From positions 97,590,001 to 97,654,000 of the forward strand of contig NC_087436.1 in assembly GCF_036321535.1 (NCBI RefSeq): a stretch of DNA of 64,000 bases. Direction: 5' to 3'. Positions 51,454-64,000 of this stretch are shown here, in pieces. The position numbers and the translations under genes were made by a program. This DNA comes from Camelus dromedarius. Taxonomy: Eukaryota. Positions within the stretch are counted from its first letter, which is position 1. Each line of letters opens with the position of its first letter. The notes below the pieces were generated by a model, which saw only the letters and a list, made by a program, of their open reading frames with translations, did no database searches and was not told where the DNA came from.

Positions 51454-52401
51454 TGTGATGTGATTTTATGTGTCAACTTGACTGGACTTAGGCAGGGCCC
51501 AGATGGCTGGTAAAACATTTCTGAGTGTGTCTGTCACGGTGTTTCTGAACGAGATTCTCATTTGAATTGGGAAACTGAGTAAAGATCACCCTCACCAATC
51601 AGATGGGTATCACACAATCCATTGAGGGCCTGAACAGAACAAAATGGTGATAAAAAGGCAAATTTTCTCTCTGTTTGAGCTGAGACATCCATCTTCTCCT
51701 GCCTTCAGACACTGGCACCTCGGCTCTTGAGGCTACGGGCTCTCCAGGTTCTGGTTTTCCAAATTCTCCAGCTCAAAAACTACAGATTACGCAACTTCTT
51801 GGTCTGCATAATTGTGTAAGCCAATTATTAGATTCATTAATAAATTGGAGATATCCGGACAGATGATCCCTGGTTACGATGATTCGTCTTAATGATATTT
51901 CAACTTTATGAAGGTGCAAAAGTGAATTTAATAGAAACTGTACTTTGAATTTTGATCATTTTCTGGGTGAGTGATATACACTATAATACTCCCCCATGAT
52001 GTGAGGCCGGGGCAGCGAGCTGCAGCTCCCAGTCAGCCACACGATCTCAAAGGTAATCCACTGATACACTCAAAACCGCTCAGTACCCAGGCAGCCATTC
52101 TCTTTTTCACTTTCAGTACAGTATCCAATAAATTACATGAGCTAGTCAACACTTTATTATGAAATAGGCCTTGTGTTAGATGATTTTGCCCAACTGTAGA
52201 CTAGTGGAAATGTTCTGAGCACATGTAAGGTAGGTTAGGCTAAGCTCTAGTGTTCAGTAGGTTAGGTGTAGTCAATGCATTTTTGATTTACGATATTTTC
52301 CATTTGTGATGGGCTTTTCAGGATGTAACCCCAGCATAAATCAAGGAAGATCTGTATATCTCCTATTGGTTCTGTTTCTCTGGAGACACTTGACGAATAT
52401 G
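51454..52401 (+). mobile_element. MLT2 (ERV-L) solo LTR containing a nested Tigger MITE
   Basis: tgtgatgtgattttatgtgtcaacttgactgg...ttgagggcctgaacagaacaaaa...tcctattggttctgtttctctggaga. TSD ctacc/ctatc at 51449-51453 and 52402-52406. Confidence 0.92.
51860..52354 (-). mobile_element. MER47/Tigger5-type TcMar MITE
   Basis: TIRs cagatgatccc..ttacgatg and cataaatcaaggaagatctg, followed by ta. Body tgttagatgattttgcccaactgtag...gtaggttaggctaagct. Confidence 0.92.
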
Positions 52402-52492
52402 CTATCCATTTTACCTTCTTTAGTTATTATAAAGTTTAAAATCACCCAAAATAAAAATTGAAGTCATAATGCTATTTTTCTCATGCCTGGAA

Positions 52493-52972
52493 TGTTGTGG
52501 GACATGGTGAGCCAGCGTCACAGCTGGTAAAAGAATTCACCAGAGACAAAGAAGGTTTAAGAGAAAAAGGGAAGTGTAATAGATAGGCTGCTACAGGCAA
52601 CAGCAGGCCACAGCCGAGAGGTGCCTGTGTGAGCACAAGGGTCAGTTGCTGAGGTCTTTTATGGGAAGGAGTTGGTGAACAGAGGGGGTTGCACGAATAA
52701 CTCGTACACAAGTTTTTGACTGGCAGTGGGTGTAGGAGAATTAGGGTCTGTGTGAGGCAGTGGGATTTATGACTCCAAGAAAGAGGAATGTGGGCTGTGA
52801 CAAGTCAGCCTTAGCTGTTGTGAGGTTAGCCATTTCCCAGGACTATTAATTCCGCTAGGGTAAACACACATCAGAAAAGGGTGTGCTTGTTTTTTTGAGG
52901 GATTGCACTCAGATAGCTGAGAGCCTGGGAATGGGAGTCACAGAGCCTTGGCAGGCACCAGTTGGTACCACA
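52493..52972 (-). mobile_element. ERV1-type solo LTR, family not assigned
   Basis: TG...CA termini; near-TSD tggaa/tgaaa at 52488-52492 and 52973-52977; TATA-like cataaaag on the minus strand at about 52660; GC-richer than its flanks. Confidence 0.7.
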
Positions 52973-54597
52973 TGAAATCACAGACGTATTCATGGTTATC
53001 TTTGAATATGTACTCTCTTTAAAAAGAATGTCCTAAAGTAGAAGTATATTTCCATCTTTTAAAGGGTTGTTTCTCTTTAAAATTCACAACTGTCGCCATC
53101 TGTTTACAACATTCTAATATTTTCTCATCCTTTCCAGTTGACCTTGCCATATGTCACTTGAGGGTTTGGAGCAACACATACTAATCCTCCTTTTTATTTT
53201 CTGCAAGTGTTTATAGGTAATAGCACTGATAGCCTCTATGCTTCATTAAGTATTATATTTAATTTTCTCTACAAATTCATATGATATGAGCCATTAGCTG
53301 TCTTCTGAGCCTTTCATAATTGGGCGTTCAAACCATCAGTGATATGCTAACATGACTGATTTTCACATAGCTGTGATCACAATTCAGATTACAAATCAGG
53401 GGAAATGATTATTTTTAATGACCTAATAACTTAACTAACGATTAGCATTTATGTTGGTTTTCTTGCTGTAAGTCTTTTCCTCTTGAAGTTTTCTCTATAC
53501 TCTACACAAATATTGATACTCCAGAATCATTTTTCACTACTGAAAAAGTCAATTTAGAAAGACATGAAGTATTAGTGTTGATTTTTCTACTCTCAACTTT
53601 TAACTTTTAGGTTAAGGTTTCCAGCCAGTATCTCTGGCTTCTGCATGAATATTGTGGTTAGCTGGGATTACGAATCCTACAAAGCAATTTATTTCTTATT
53701 TAGAACTATAATAAGTAGACAGTTTTGTTTTGCTAACTCAGGTCTCCATCTGCTTTTGGAAACTGTTCTGGTTTTTCCGTTTTTATCAATCCCTCCGCTA
53801 CTCAAACATTCCCTGAAATTTTCTTAGAAGTCTTGTTTCCCCTTCCACTGGTTTCAGGAAAATCTTACAGGGACACATGGAAAGGTAATACATGATCACA
53901 GGTGAAAGTGAAGACAGTCTAATCCGAAAGCGTTTTCCTCCTGTCAGCTAATGCTGAAGCTGAAGTTCCAAGTAGGACATGCTGCCGGGCTGAAAGGAAC
54001 GATCATTAGCTTTCCTCTCCTTCTTCCTCTCCCTCTCCTTCAATAGAATCTACCCTCCATTGGTTTCATATTTAAAACGGTTCACATTTACATGGAATTT
54101 TTGTGTAATGTATGATTCACCAGTTCTTGGTGTTTTTAGGTAAATCATAGTTGGTCCCAGTATAACTTCGGATTAAAGACAGAATAAATGATTCATCATG
54201 ATATTCAGGTGATTTCTTTTCTATACAAAACATGTTAAAGAAAGAGAAGGTAAATCTCAAATTCTGTCTTCAACAAGCCTGGAAGAAGGTGGAGAGAAGG
54301 AAATGCTGATTGATGTCAATTCCTTTTTTTTTTCTATTTCTTTCTTTCTTTTTTTTTTTTTTTTTTTGGAATCCATTGCCTCGTTTAAATAAGAAGCTTT
54401 GGAAGCCATTGTCTTTGGTACAAAGCTTCAAGTATTCTCAATTTTTTTTCTGTAATTCCAATAGTAAACGTTAAACCTTAAAGGTAAGAAGGATCACAAC
54501 ATATTTTTGGTTTTATAAAAAGCATTTTCAGTATTTAATGTATATAAAGGAAGGTATACTAAAGTAAACATGATGGATAATGAGGGTTTCAAAATGT

Positions 54598-54963
54598 GCT
54601 GAGGATTAAGCTCAGAAGACAGCCTCTCACATAGCTCTGAGGGACGGCTCCTAAGAGGTAAGGGAGGTGACAGGATACATAGGAAGTTTTGCAACAAAAT
54701 CTAAGTAGCTGGAACAACAAAAGATTGCTGTTAATTAAAGGAAACCAGCAATCTCAGGTTAATGAATTTAGTACTTTTTCATGTATGGGAAGATGCAAGA
54801 ATAATTGAAATTATTCCTTTGATACACACCTTAACTATCGAAGGCCAGTATCTTGCTTTTCTCCCTGAACTCAGGCAGTCAGGGCAGCTGCAAGTGGCTG
54901 ATGGCTTGATGGCTGTAACATTCATTTATTTACTGATATGGCAGGTGACATTCTTTGTCCACA
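54598..54963 (-). mobile_element. MER41-like cetartiodactyl ERV1 LTR (one end truncated)
   Basis: gacagcctctcacatagctctgagggac..aagaggtaagggagg...tgtatgggaagatgcaaga...tttactgatatggcagg...gtccaca. Confidence 0.75.
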
Positions 54964-55118
54964 GAGGATAAGACAAAGGAGCTCTTGTTTAGGAGTAAGA
55001 GTAACCATAGACATTTTTGACATATAATGAAAATAAATGGTTTAGATATAAATAAGAAACATAAAAAAATTAGCTTAGAGATGTATACATAGCCTAAAAT
55101 ACTTAAAATTGAAGACTT

Positions 55119-55303
55119 TAGATAAACAAGATTATACTGTATAGCACAGGGAAATATATACAAGATCTGTGGTAGCTCACAGCGAAAAAAAAAATGTGAC
55201 AATGAATATATGTATGTTCATGTATAACTGAAAAATTGTGCTCTACACTGGAATTTGACACAACATAGTAAAATGACTATAACTCAATAAAAAAATGTTA
55301 AAA
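55119..55303 (+). mobile_element. Young camelid L1 3' end with 12-bp TSD
   Basis: Nearly identical to 49583-49770. TSD aaaattgaagac at 55105-55116 and 55304-55315, at a tt/aaaa site. Confidence 0.93.
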
Positions 55304-56507
55304 AAAATTGAAGACGTTTGTCTCAATAAACTCTATTCCATTTTATTTAAAGTCAGAGCTATAATGGACCATATTGGTAATCATCTGATATTCATAAGGT
55401 ATGACAATTTGGCTCAAGGTCAATGTAAAGTAACCTATCCCAAACTTACGTAAAAGGATGAGAACTTTAAAAAAAGCTACTGGTATTTCTGACAATAATT
55501 GACACTTTTGACAGTGTAAGTGAAGAGGTCAAGAATTAAACTGGCTATAAAATAACCTAAGCAGTCTTGCTTCTAGCAATTTTCCCTAAACTAGGGAGGT
55601 GTTACTGAGGAACAGAGTTTATGGAGAAGAATAGAAAAGAGAATGATATCACACTGATAAAGTTTTTTTTAATCTGTATGATTTATTAAGTTAAACGGGC
55701 ATAAATCATTTTTCAGTGTTATACTACTCCCTCTTAATACAAAGATGAGAATAAAAACAAATAAAAATTCATCACAGCAAAATATTCCTTACAAGATGAA
55801 ATTATTCTACTGAGAAAACAAGTCGTGCCATTTTCTAACAGTTTACTGTGATGTTTATTTAATTGTTAGGAAATGAAGTAACAAAAAAATTTAAAAAATG
55901 AACAGAAAGAAGAAGTGAAGTATCAGTTCTCAATAAGGAGCAGTTAAGGATCACTAGGACATCCCAACTCAGTTTCCTGTTGTGTGTTGTAAAGTTCAAT
56001 TTCTCTAACAAGTTTGATGGAGTCAATGCCTGACTTGTCAGAACCACCATCGCACTTTCCAGCCCCGGAAATTAGGTAATCTTTTCTCAGAGGGATTTTT
56101 TTTTTTTTTAAATGCAAGACAATACATGAAGACTTACAGGGATTTCTTACAAAACACATTAGAAAGTTGAGTCTTGTGTAGGAGATACCTTCTCAGGGAG
56201 TGTTGGAAAAAGGAATACTCTCGATTTTTGAATATGCAAGTGGGAGACTTGTCCCTCCACCGAACTTGGTGGGATGGGAATGAGGGAAGCTTAAAATATA
56301 GATCTTAACCAAATTTCTGCGAACCCAGTTGGAGATACAGATTCAGGTCTGTGTATCACTTACAAGGAGACATTAGTAAACTGGAGTACACTAAATGGCA
56401 AGTTCCTAGCTTCGTAACATCTTGAAAATGTTTTCTGCATTTATTCTGTTTATTATTTGTGGGTAAAATTTGATCAAAACCTTTATTATTTGAGTCCTTA
56501 CAATTTT

Positions 56508-56511
<4 letters not shown>

Positions 56512-56540
<29 letters not shown>
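56512..56540. repeat. (TG)14 microsatellite
   Basis: Directly visible. Confidence 0.95.
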
Positions 56541-56542
<2 letters not shown>

Positions 56543-56569
56543 TATATATATAAAATCTATATATAGATA

Positions 56570-58750
56570 GGGAAACTGAGATAGTATATTAGAAAGCAGA
56601 GCTCCAGAAATGAATGAGCTATGCAGAAAACAGCTCTACAATCTGCTTGGGAGCTGTCATGAGTGATTACTGAGTACTGGCCCTTCAATCAGTAGAGTGA
56701 AATTCCACAAGACAAGGCAAAAACAGTCAGGGACGTGTAAGCTGACCAGTTCCCAGAGCTCACACAAGGCAGTGAGATGTTCTGGCCAGGGTGCAGAATC
56801 CAAGGGAGTCCCAGTCGTCTTCAGTGGAGACTCCAGGAGTGTCATGATTTATTATTAGTGGTAAATGACACCTGGAGTAAAGGCTACTTTTCAACCACGT
56901 TAGTAAGTCTTAAATCCTGTACCTGAAGTAATTAAATGGATATTCTTTGAAGGAAGAAAACAAAATCTAGACATTCAGAAAAACAAAATTACAGACTCTA
57001 GCATCTAATCAAACATTAATAGATGTAACAAAAAGCAGAACCATCAAGATAAAAAATTTAGCCTGTAGAAAACTAGAAGTAAAAAATTGCAGAGTTAGCA
57101 GACAGTTGTTAAAACAGCTGTTAAAAACTATTTACCAGCATTTATAGGAAAAGATGAATATAATGAAGACATAAATTGAAAATACAAAGCAAGACTCAAG
57201 TAGAACTCCTTGAAGTGAAAACTATAGTATCTGAATTGAAAATCCCACTGCATATGACTACTGGTGAATCAAACACTGCAGAAAGAAAATCTCAGGGAAT
57301 TCAAAAACACAGCAGCAGAATGTCTTCAGACTGAAGCACAGAAAGAAAAATGACTGAAAAAAAAAAAACCTTAAAAAAAGAGTCTCAGTGATCCGTGGAT
57401 TGAAGCTCAGTGGTCTAACATATGAGAGAAGTGGCTTAATGAAAACCTGAGTGATACTTTCCCAAATTTATTGAAAAATACATCCACAAATACATAAATA
57501 TTAAGGCACTCCTTCAAAAAGTAAATTAAAAAATTCTTCACCAAAACATATGATAATAAAATTGCTTAAAACAAGTAATGAGAAAAAAGTCTTTACGGAA
57601 GCCAAAAAAGATATATCTCTATCTCTATCTATGTATCTATGTATCTATCTATGTATCTATCTATGTATCTATCTATCTATCTATCTATGTATCTATCTAC
57701 CTATCTATCTATTTTGTACAGAGGAATACATACAGGGATGATTCCAGACTATGCAAACTAGAAGACACTACAACAACTTCATTAGAGTTATGAAACAAAA
57801 CAAGCCAAAAAATTCTGTCAACAGAGAGTATTATATCCAGTGAGAACAGCCTTTAAAACGAAAAAAATTTATATATTTTCCAAAGAATAAAAACAAAAGG
57901 AATTTGGAACCAACAGTTCTACAATTTAATATATGTTAAAGAAAAGTAAGATTTTAAGATGAAATACAATAAATGTTTTAGAGAAAGAAGGTTCTCAAAC
58001 AAAATGGAAATTATACCAGGTGGAGATAGAGACCTACACAGAGAAATGATGATTGGGCATGCTGAATACATAATAAATATAAAAGAATTGAAGAAACGTA
58101 CCAAATAAAATAACTTAATTGATACTTATAGAACACTCAATTTTAAAATGTCAACATTTTGTTTTCAAATATTAATAGAGCATTCTACAAATTAGACCAC
58201 AAGATAAGTCATAGAACATATATCAACAAAATTTAAACTTTAAAAAAAAAAACATCATACGAAGGATGTTCCTGTCCATTATAGTATTTAATTACAAAAT
58301 CCCTAGAAAAATCCCAAATGCTTAAAAATAAATCAAGTATCATCACCACCTCAACATTAACTTTTGATTATGAAATCACAGAAAAGTTAGAAATTATTTT
58401 GAAACTGAGTGAAAATAAACACATAGCCTATCGAAACTTGGAGGTGCAGCTTAAGTGTTTTTTAAAGGAAACTGTAGCCTCAAATGCCACAAATAAATGA
58501 TAATATAGATAGTAATGGAAACCAATGAAAAAAATAGTAGATAATGTCAACAAAATTGAAAGCTGCTTCTGTGAAAAATATCTGTAAAACTGATAAACAT
58601 ATAAATAGACTAAATATTTAAAGAGAGGAGGAGAAATTGAGAGAGAATACAAGTTACCAGTATGAGGAACTAAAGACTGAATATCATAACATCATAAGCA
58701 CATTACAAGAAAAATAAGGAAATAATATCAGTAACAAAATTTAGGCGAAA
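56570..58750 (+). mobile_element. Decayed old L1M (5' UTR, ORF1, ORF2 endonuclease-region pieces)
   Basis: A-rich sense L1 texture: gaagtgaaaactatagtatctgaattgaaaatccc, ataataaaattgcttaaaacaag, gacttatagaacact-like, aaaatatctgtaaaactgataaac. Confidence 0.7.
57615..57711. repeat. Compound (TCTA)n/(TGTA) tetranucleotide repeat
   Basis: Directly visible. It explains the repetitive ORFs at 57550-57793. Confidence 0.95.
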
Positions 58751-61700
58751 TAGTGCTGTAGACCATCAGCAGAAACAAGATGGACCTGCTTTCAAATCTG
58801 GTTCAGCGGTAGACTGATGCTTGCTTACCAGTTACTATGTGATGAAAAGTAAGGTGGCTACCTTTGTTTCTTTTATGCCACAGTATATGAGTTGGATTCA
58901 AGGCCTCAGCATATCAAAACACGACCTCTTTTGATCAAGAAAATAGAAATCAAGACAACAGAAATGGTGCAATAATCAGGACACTGATATCAGATTGGGT
59001 CTTTAATACCATTAACTCCAAAGCTTTCAACTTTGGGCTTTCAGTTAAATTTAGGTCCAGATGCTTTTGCTCTGATAGTGACAACAACAACAAATTGGAA
59101 CAATTTTAAAGTAAGTAGAAGTGGTGTTTGTACTTAATTAAACTCTCAAAGAAAAAAAAAAACATGAAGTTTTAAATGCTAGTCTCAAGTTTTAAAATTG
59201 ATAGAAATAGGACAAAATATTTTCTAGAGGGTAAGACACTGATGTAACATTTGATTTAATAATCTGTCTAGCAGAAGTTCTATGTTCTAATGCCCATGGA
59301 GTCAAATTCACCTTTGTGGACTGGAAGCAAGACAGTCAGATAAATAAGCCATCATTAGAGGATTTTTCAAGAATCCAAGATTCATAGTATGACTTTTCTA
59401 ACCACACATCTCACAAGAGCCTTGTTAAATCTGCAGCGATTTTCTAGCGTAACAATGGAGTAATCAGGAAAGATGAAATTAAGTTCCACACACTCTGTTT
59501 AAGAAGTCAGGGAAGTCTAATAATTTAAAAATATTTCCCTTAAAAATGTTGAAATTTAAGAAGTGACACTTAAATAGTTAAGATGTCAAAAAAGTTTTCT
59601 TAGAAACCCAAGCTCTGACAAAAATGTTAACAACAACAACAACAAAAGCACTAGTGAATGTCTGTGTGCTTAGGGTATTTATAATTTATATATGGTATAT
59701 ACCCGGGGTAAAGTAGGCTCCAGAGACGGAAAGGCAGAATTGAGAGTGGGAAAGGTCAGAAATGTTATTTTCAAATGGCATGGCTTATTGGGATGAATAT
59801 GGAGTGTCTGTCTAGGAGAGGCTGTATTTTTCCTTTTTTCATTGACGAGAGCACAGTCTGCACAAAAACTGTAGGGCTCCTCTGCTGCTAATTGTGCTCC
59901 TCTTATTTGCAGTATGACAAATTATTGGCTTCAGTGGAAATGGCTGGAAGTCTCTATGTGTGATGAAACCAATCTTATTATTTCTCCAGAGTTTCATTTT
60001 ATTAACTTCCAGACATAGATAAATGTAAAGATTTAATCATGCAGTGTATCACGGTTAGAACATGCTTTTGACTTCAGTTTTTCAGGGCGCGATAAATGAT
60101 CTTTAAATTTAAAAAGGCAGACTGTAAGCAATGAGTATCAAAAATCTATCTTTAATTATTTGTTACTTGATATTTAATACAGTAATATTTTGGATCTAAT
60201 TGTATATGCCCCCAATGGGCAAACAGCTAATGATGATGCAATATATACATATATTAAGTAATGTTGAAACTAATCCCCAAGCTGGGATTTTTTTATCAAT
60301 TAAAAATTCCATGAGGACACCTACGAAGTACATAGCTTTGAACCTAGTACATTCTAGTGTTTCCTAGGGCTAGATCAGTCTTTATTCTGGCCCTGATTTA
60401 ATAACCATATTGATAAAAACTAAATTATTTTACAGAGCTATTGAAACTAGAAGTAAAGATGACTATGATAGAGCTTTTAACTCAGTGTGTGATCAAAATT
60501 TGAAATGTAGCAGAAAGATCTGAAGGAGCAGTTTAAATACAGCATTAGGCAACTGTATCTAATTAGGGCATTACTAAAATATATGTTCAAATTTGGACAG
60601 AAATAATTTTCTAAATGCTTCCTTCAAAAATATAATTTTTAAAAATTCTATGAAATAAGTGTTTGGGGCAATGTGTTTTTGAATACTGATTTTAATTGCT
60701 TTTTGGGAATAGTATTACTTATTTTTGCTAGGAAGTTTGCTATGTTGAAGTTGTATTTAAAGCATTATTAAAATGTCAAGATTTTGAAAGTGTATGTACC
60801 AACACTTAATGCAGCACATTAAAGGATATTTGTTCCCAAAGAAGGGATATTTAGACTTGATTTGCTAGTAGTGGTTAAAATTGGTATGAAGATTAAAATA
60901 TGATAAATATACAATATTATTAAAGCAGAGGATGGCGTGATTAAATAAGTGAATATAATGCTTTACATGGATAGGTAATGTATAGGCAACAACCTGGAAA
61001 AGGGTGTTGCTCACTTCTTTTTATTATGTACAGATGTATTAGGTAAAAACAGTCAGTGTTAAGCAGTGATTTCCTTAAAACGGATGTAAGTATGTTATAT
61101 GATCTTATATTATATAATGGATTCTATCAATATTTTACATCTACTTACTCAATACATACTATATATGTCAGACATTTTACTAAGTACTAAAACAAAATGA
61201 ATAGGAGAGTTTCTTCCCTTAAGATGGTTACTTTTTGGTAGGAAAGGTAAACATAAATCATACAAATAAATAAAAGTGCAAATTTAACTATCTGGATTAT
61301 TATAAATAGTTACAACATGGAGAGTGACACTAAAATAAATTAAAGGGCCTCTGAATTAACTCAATTCAATATTTGCTTGTACATTTATAAAAATTAATGT
61401 AGGTCTATATTTAATCAAATTGCTACACATGTAGCCATTAAAACTAATTTTTTTAGTGTTGATTATCAGTCTCTTTTTTCTCCTCCTAGACAGAGGTCAC
61501 TGGGAAGTACTTGGGATGGTGTTGGTGTATCATTCCTTCTCCCATGCCTGCTCATGTGTTCAAAGTCTGTGCATTGCCAATATTGACCTCTAAATAGCCA
61601 CTGGTTTGTAAATGATTTGAATCACAGCAGATATAATTCTTAACTATGTTTACAGCTTCTTGAATTTCAATCTTTGCAGTGCAAAGTTTGTATCACACAC

Positions 61701-63274
61701 ACACACTCATATTTCTTTCCTTCTACTGTACTAGTTTTAGGTTGGAAAGCTGGCCCATCCTCTTTTGGCAATAATAATGGCTGGATGGAAATAGATCTTA
61801 CAGTGCTGAGTTTTGTTTTGGTTTTTGTTTTTTGAATTGAGTCATTAAATATTGCTTTTGAGGATTTATATACCAAGGATATAATTCTGAGATCTTTGCA
61901 GGAAACAGATTTCTGGTAGGATGAATTAGAAGTACAAAATTTCATCATAGAATAAAATATTTTTAACTAATACTGTTTTTCCATGAACCATTCAACCAAA
62001 TTTTTTTTTCCTACTTAACATCTTTCACATTTATCTCTCTACTATTTGGTTTTAAGTTTACTAATTGACTTGGTTGTAATGTTGGAATCAAGGACATTCA
62101 ATTTAGAAAAAGAGGAATAAACTTGAAATAGTATTTTAGAATCCAATGAAGCCAAACTTTATTTAAAATTATACTTAATATTTAATTTTAGTGTAAGTTT
62201 CCCAGAAGGCTTCAATTTAGTTCTTTTTTATTTACGTCTATTTTCTTAGTACTTGTTTTAGATGTTTCAGATGTATATGCGGAATTTGGGGTCTCATGGG
62301 AATTTGTGCTCTCTTGTAAATCGCTCTTTGTTTTATTTTATGTTCACTTTACAGATGAGGTAGCAAAGTGCTACTAAAAGTGGAGAAATTCACATCAGAG
62401 TAAAAAGTTATTAAAATGCCAGATTTACTGAGATCCTATTTGCCATATATTTCAGAAGTAAAAATAACAGTTTTTCTTCCTTTTTTTTAAAAGCCAATTA
62501 TTGTTGATGTCTTCAGTACTACTTAACTAAATAATAATCATCTTTTTAAACTTAATATAAATTTATCAAAGCCAAATTCAAAATAAGTATACCAGTGTCA
62601 AAGTAAGTCTAATTTATTTTAACACTTTTAACACTTCAAGAAGTCTTACTGACTTTGCTGACTATTGGAGGATTGGTTTGTAGGCCAGGGTCTAGCATCA
62701 TGACCTTAAGTAATTCAGGAGCAGGATCGCTTCCTTATTTTTAGCATTAAAATGAGGAGATTGGAGTATGTGGGCTATATGTTCTTCTGAACATCTGAGC
62801 CTCCTCTCTCTGTGTCTTCAAAGTTGGTTCTGCCTCTGCTTCTGGTTTTTCAAAATATGTAATAAAAGACTGCAGCTGGAGTGCAATAATTCTTTTTTTT
62901 TTTCCTTTTAAGCATGTTTATTTTTTAAATTATTTAATTCAATTTCTTCTGAATAAGATATATTTTAAAAATATATAGTACTTTAAAATCTAAAAAACAT
63001 TCACATTTTTTCAATAGTGACAAAATGTATTTTTTTTTATATCTCCTGTTCAGTTTTTGTGACTCAAAATTAAGTTAGTAACAGGGTAATATGACCTGAT
63101 ACACAAATTACACCTTCAACCTACTGAATGCAAACCCACAGTCAACACATTTAGCAGGAGAGGAACAGTGAAGGCCATTTGTTAGGTTTGTATCTGTACA
63201 GAGTAAATTGCAAAATATTAGATCTATGGGACAGAACAAGATAAATGTGAAAATTAAAATGTCTTGTCATAGTG

Positions 63275-63671
63275 TGTCCTAGTCCATTTCGGCTGCTATA
63301 ACAAAATTGCCGTAGACTTGGCAGCTTATAAACAAAATTAATTTATTTCTTACACTTCTGGAGACTGGAAAGCCCAAGATCAGGGTGCCAGGAGATATGT
63401 CTGGTGAGAGCCCACATCCTGGTTCATACACAGTCTTTTCCTTGTGTCCTCACACGGTAAAAAGGGTGAGGGATCTCTCTGGAATCTCTTATAAGAGTCT
63501 CTTTGGAGTCTTTTTTGACCTCATTCAATGTGACTGTATTTGACCTCATTCAATGTGACAGGGCCTCGTGACCTAATCACCTCTTAAAGGCCCCATCTCC
63601 TAACACCATCACACTGGGCATTAAGCTTCAGCATATGAACTTCGAGGAGCACAAACATTCAGCCTCTAGCA
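63275..63671 (-). mobile_element. MLT1A0 MaLR solo LTR with perfect 5-bp TSD
   Basis: tgtcctagtccatttcggctgctataacaaaa...aaggccccatctcctaacaccatcac...aaacattcagcctctagca. TSD tagtg at 63270-63274 and 63672-63676. Confidence 0.93.
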
Positions 63672-64000
63672 TAGTGACTAAAGAATAACAGATGATATCT
63701 CTTTCACACAATTCCACAGAAAGGGTGTACTGCAGAGGAAAGGAAATACTGGAAAGTCTGGAGGTCTGGGCTCTAGTCTTTGGCCTACACATATTGCTTT
63801 TGTTTTGTTGTGGCCAAGCTGTGTACTCTCTACTAACCACCAAGTCCTCATGTAGGAAATATACTTGTTTGCCTTTGGGATAATCCTTAAATTCTCTACA
63901 AGCCCTAAGATTTTTTGTTGAATTGACAATAGATCAAAGTAACTTGAAACGTGAATAGTCAAAATAACATGAAAAGTTATAATGTGTATGAAGATCACCG

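Noticed and set aside
54598..54963. Interferon-inducible (STAT1 GAS) enhancer of the kind reported for MER41 elements
   Set aside because: I could not find an intact TTCnnnGAA motif in this copy.
55944..56159. Coding exon in ORF ...ISGAGKCDGGSDKSGIDSIKLVREIELY...
   Set aside because: No recognisable homology, the ORF runs through a poly-T/A tract, and there are no convincing splice sites.
57550..57793. Repetitive proteins (YLCI/IYVS repeats)
   Set aside because: These are translations of a (TCTA)n microsatellite.
63514..63559. CRISPR-like repeat-spacer array
   Set aside because: There are only two copies with a 4-nt spacer, inside a mammalian LTR.
1..64000. The roughly 100 short ORFs in the supplied track as cellular genes
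   Set aside because: All are 120 aa or shorter and most are compositionally biased or fall within repeats. None resembles a cellular protein; the only recognisable peptides are L1 ORF2 and ERV-L Pol remnants.
1..64000. Inferring host-gene strand from repeat orientation bias
   Set aside because: L1s and LTRs occur on both strands and the counts are too small.

Overview
This is AT-rich, CpG-poor mammalian non-coding DNA (gene desert or large intron). It is most likely camelid (alpaca/camel), judging from two tRNA-derived Vic-1-type SINEs and camelid/cetartiodactyl-type L1 3' ends. I cannot support any intact cellular protein-coding gene, RNA gene, CpG island or CRISPR-like system. The ORF track is chance ORFs apart from fragments overlapping L1 ORF2 and ERV-L pol. 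The window is a layered transposon fossil record: MIR, L2, old L1M/HAL1, MLT1/MLT2 LTRs, hAT and Tigger MITEs, ERV1-type solo LTRs, and young L1/SINE insertions with readable target-site duplications (TSDs). The most notable structures are: (i) an ungapped 126-bp inverted duplication with arms 940 bp apart (14718-15909); (ii) a decayed ERV-L pol (RNase H plus integrase) broken up by nested LTRs (22560-25830); (iii) a TSD-bounded young L1 missing the CCHC zinc-knuckle segment (48823-49770); (iv) several nested insertions; and (v) weak minus-strand exon candidates. Repeat subfamily names come from recalled consensus sequences rather than a search, and boundaries without TSDs are approximate.
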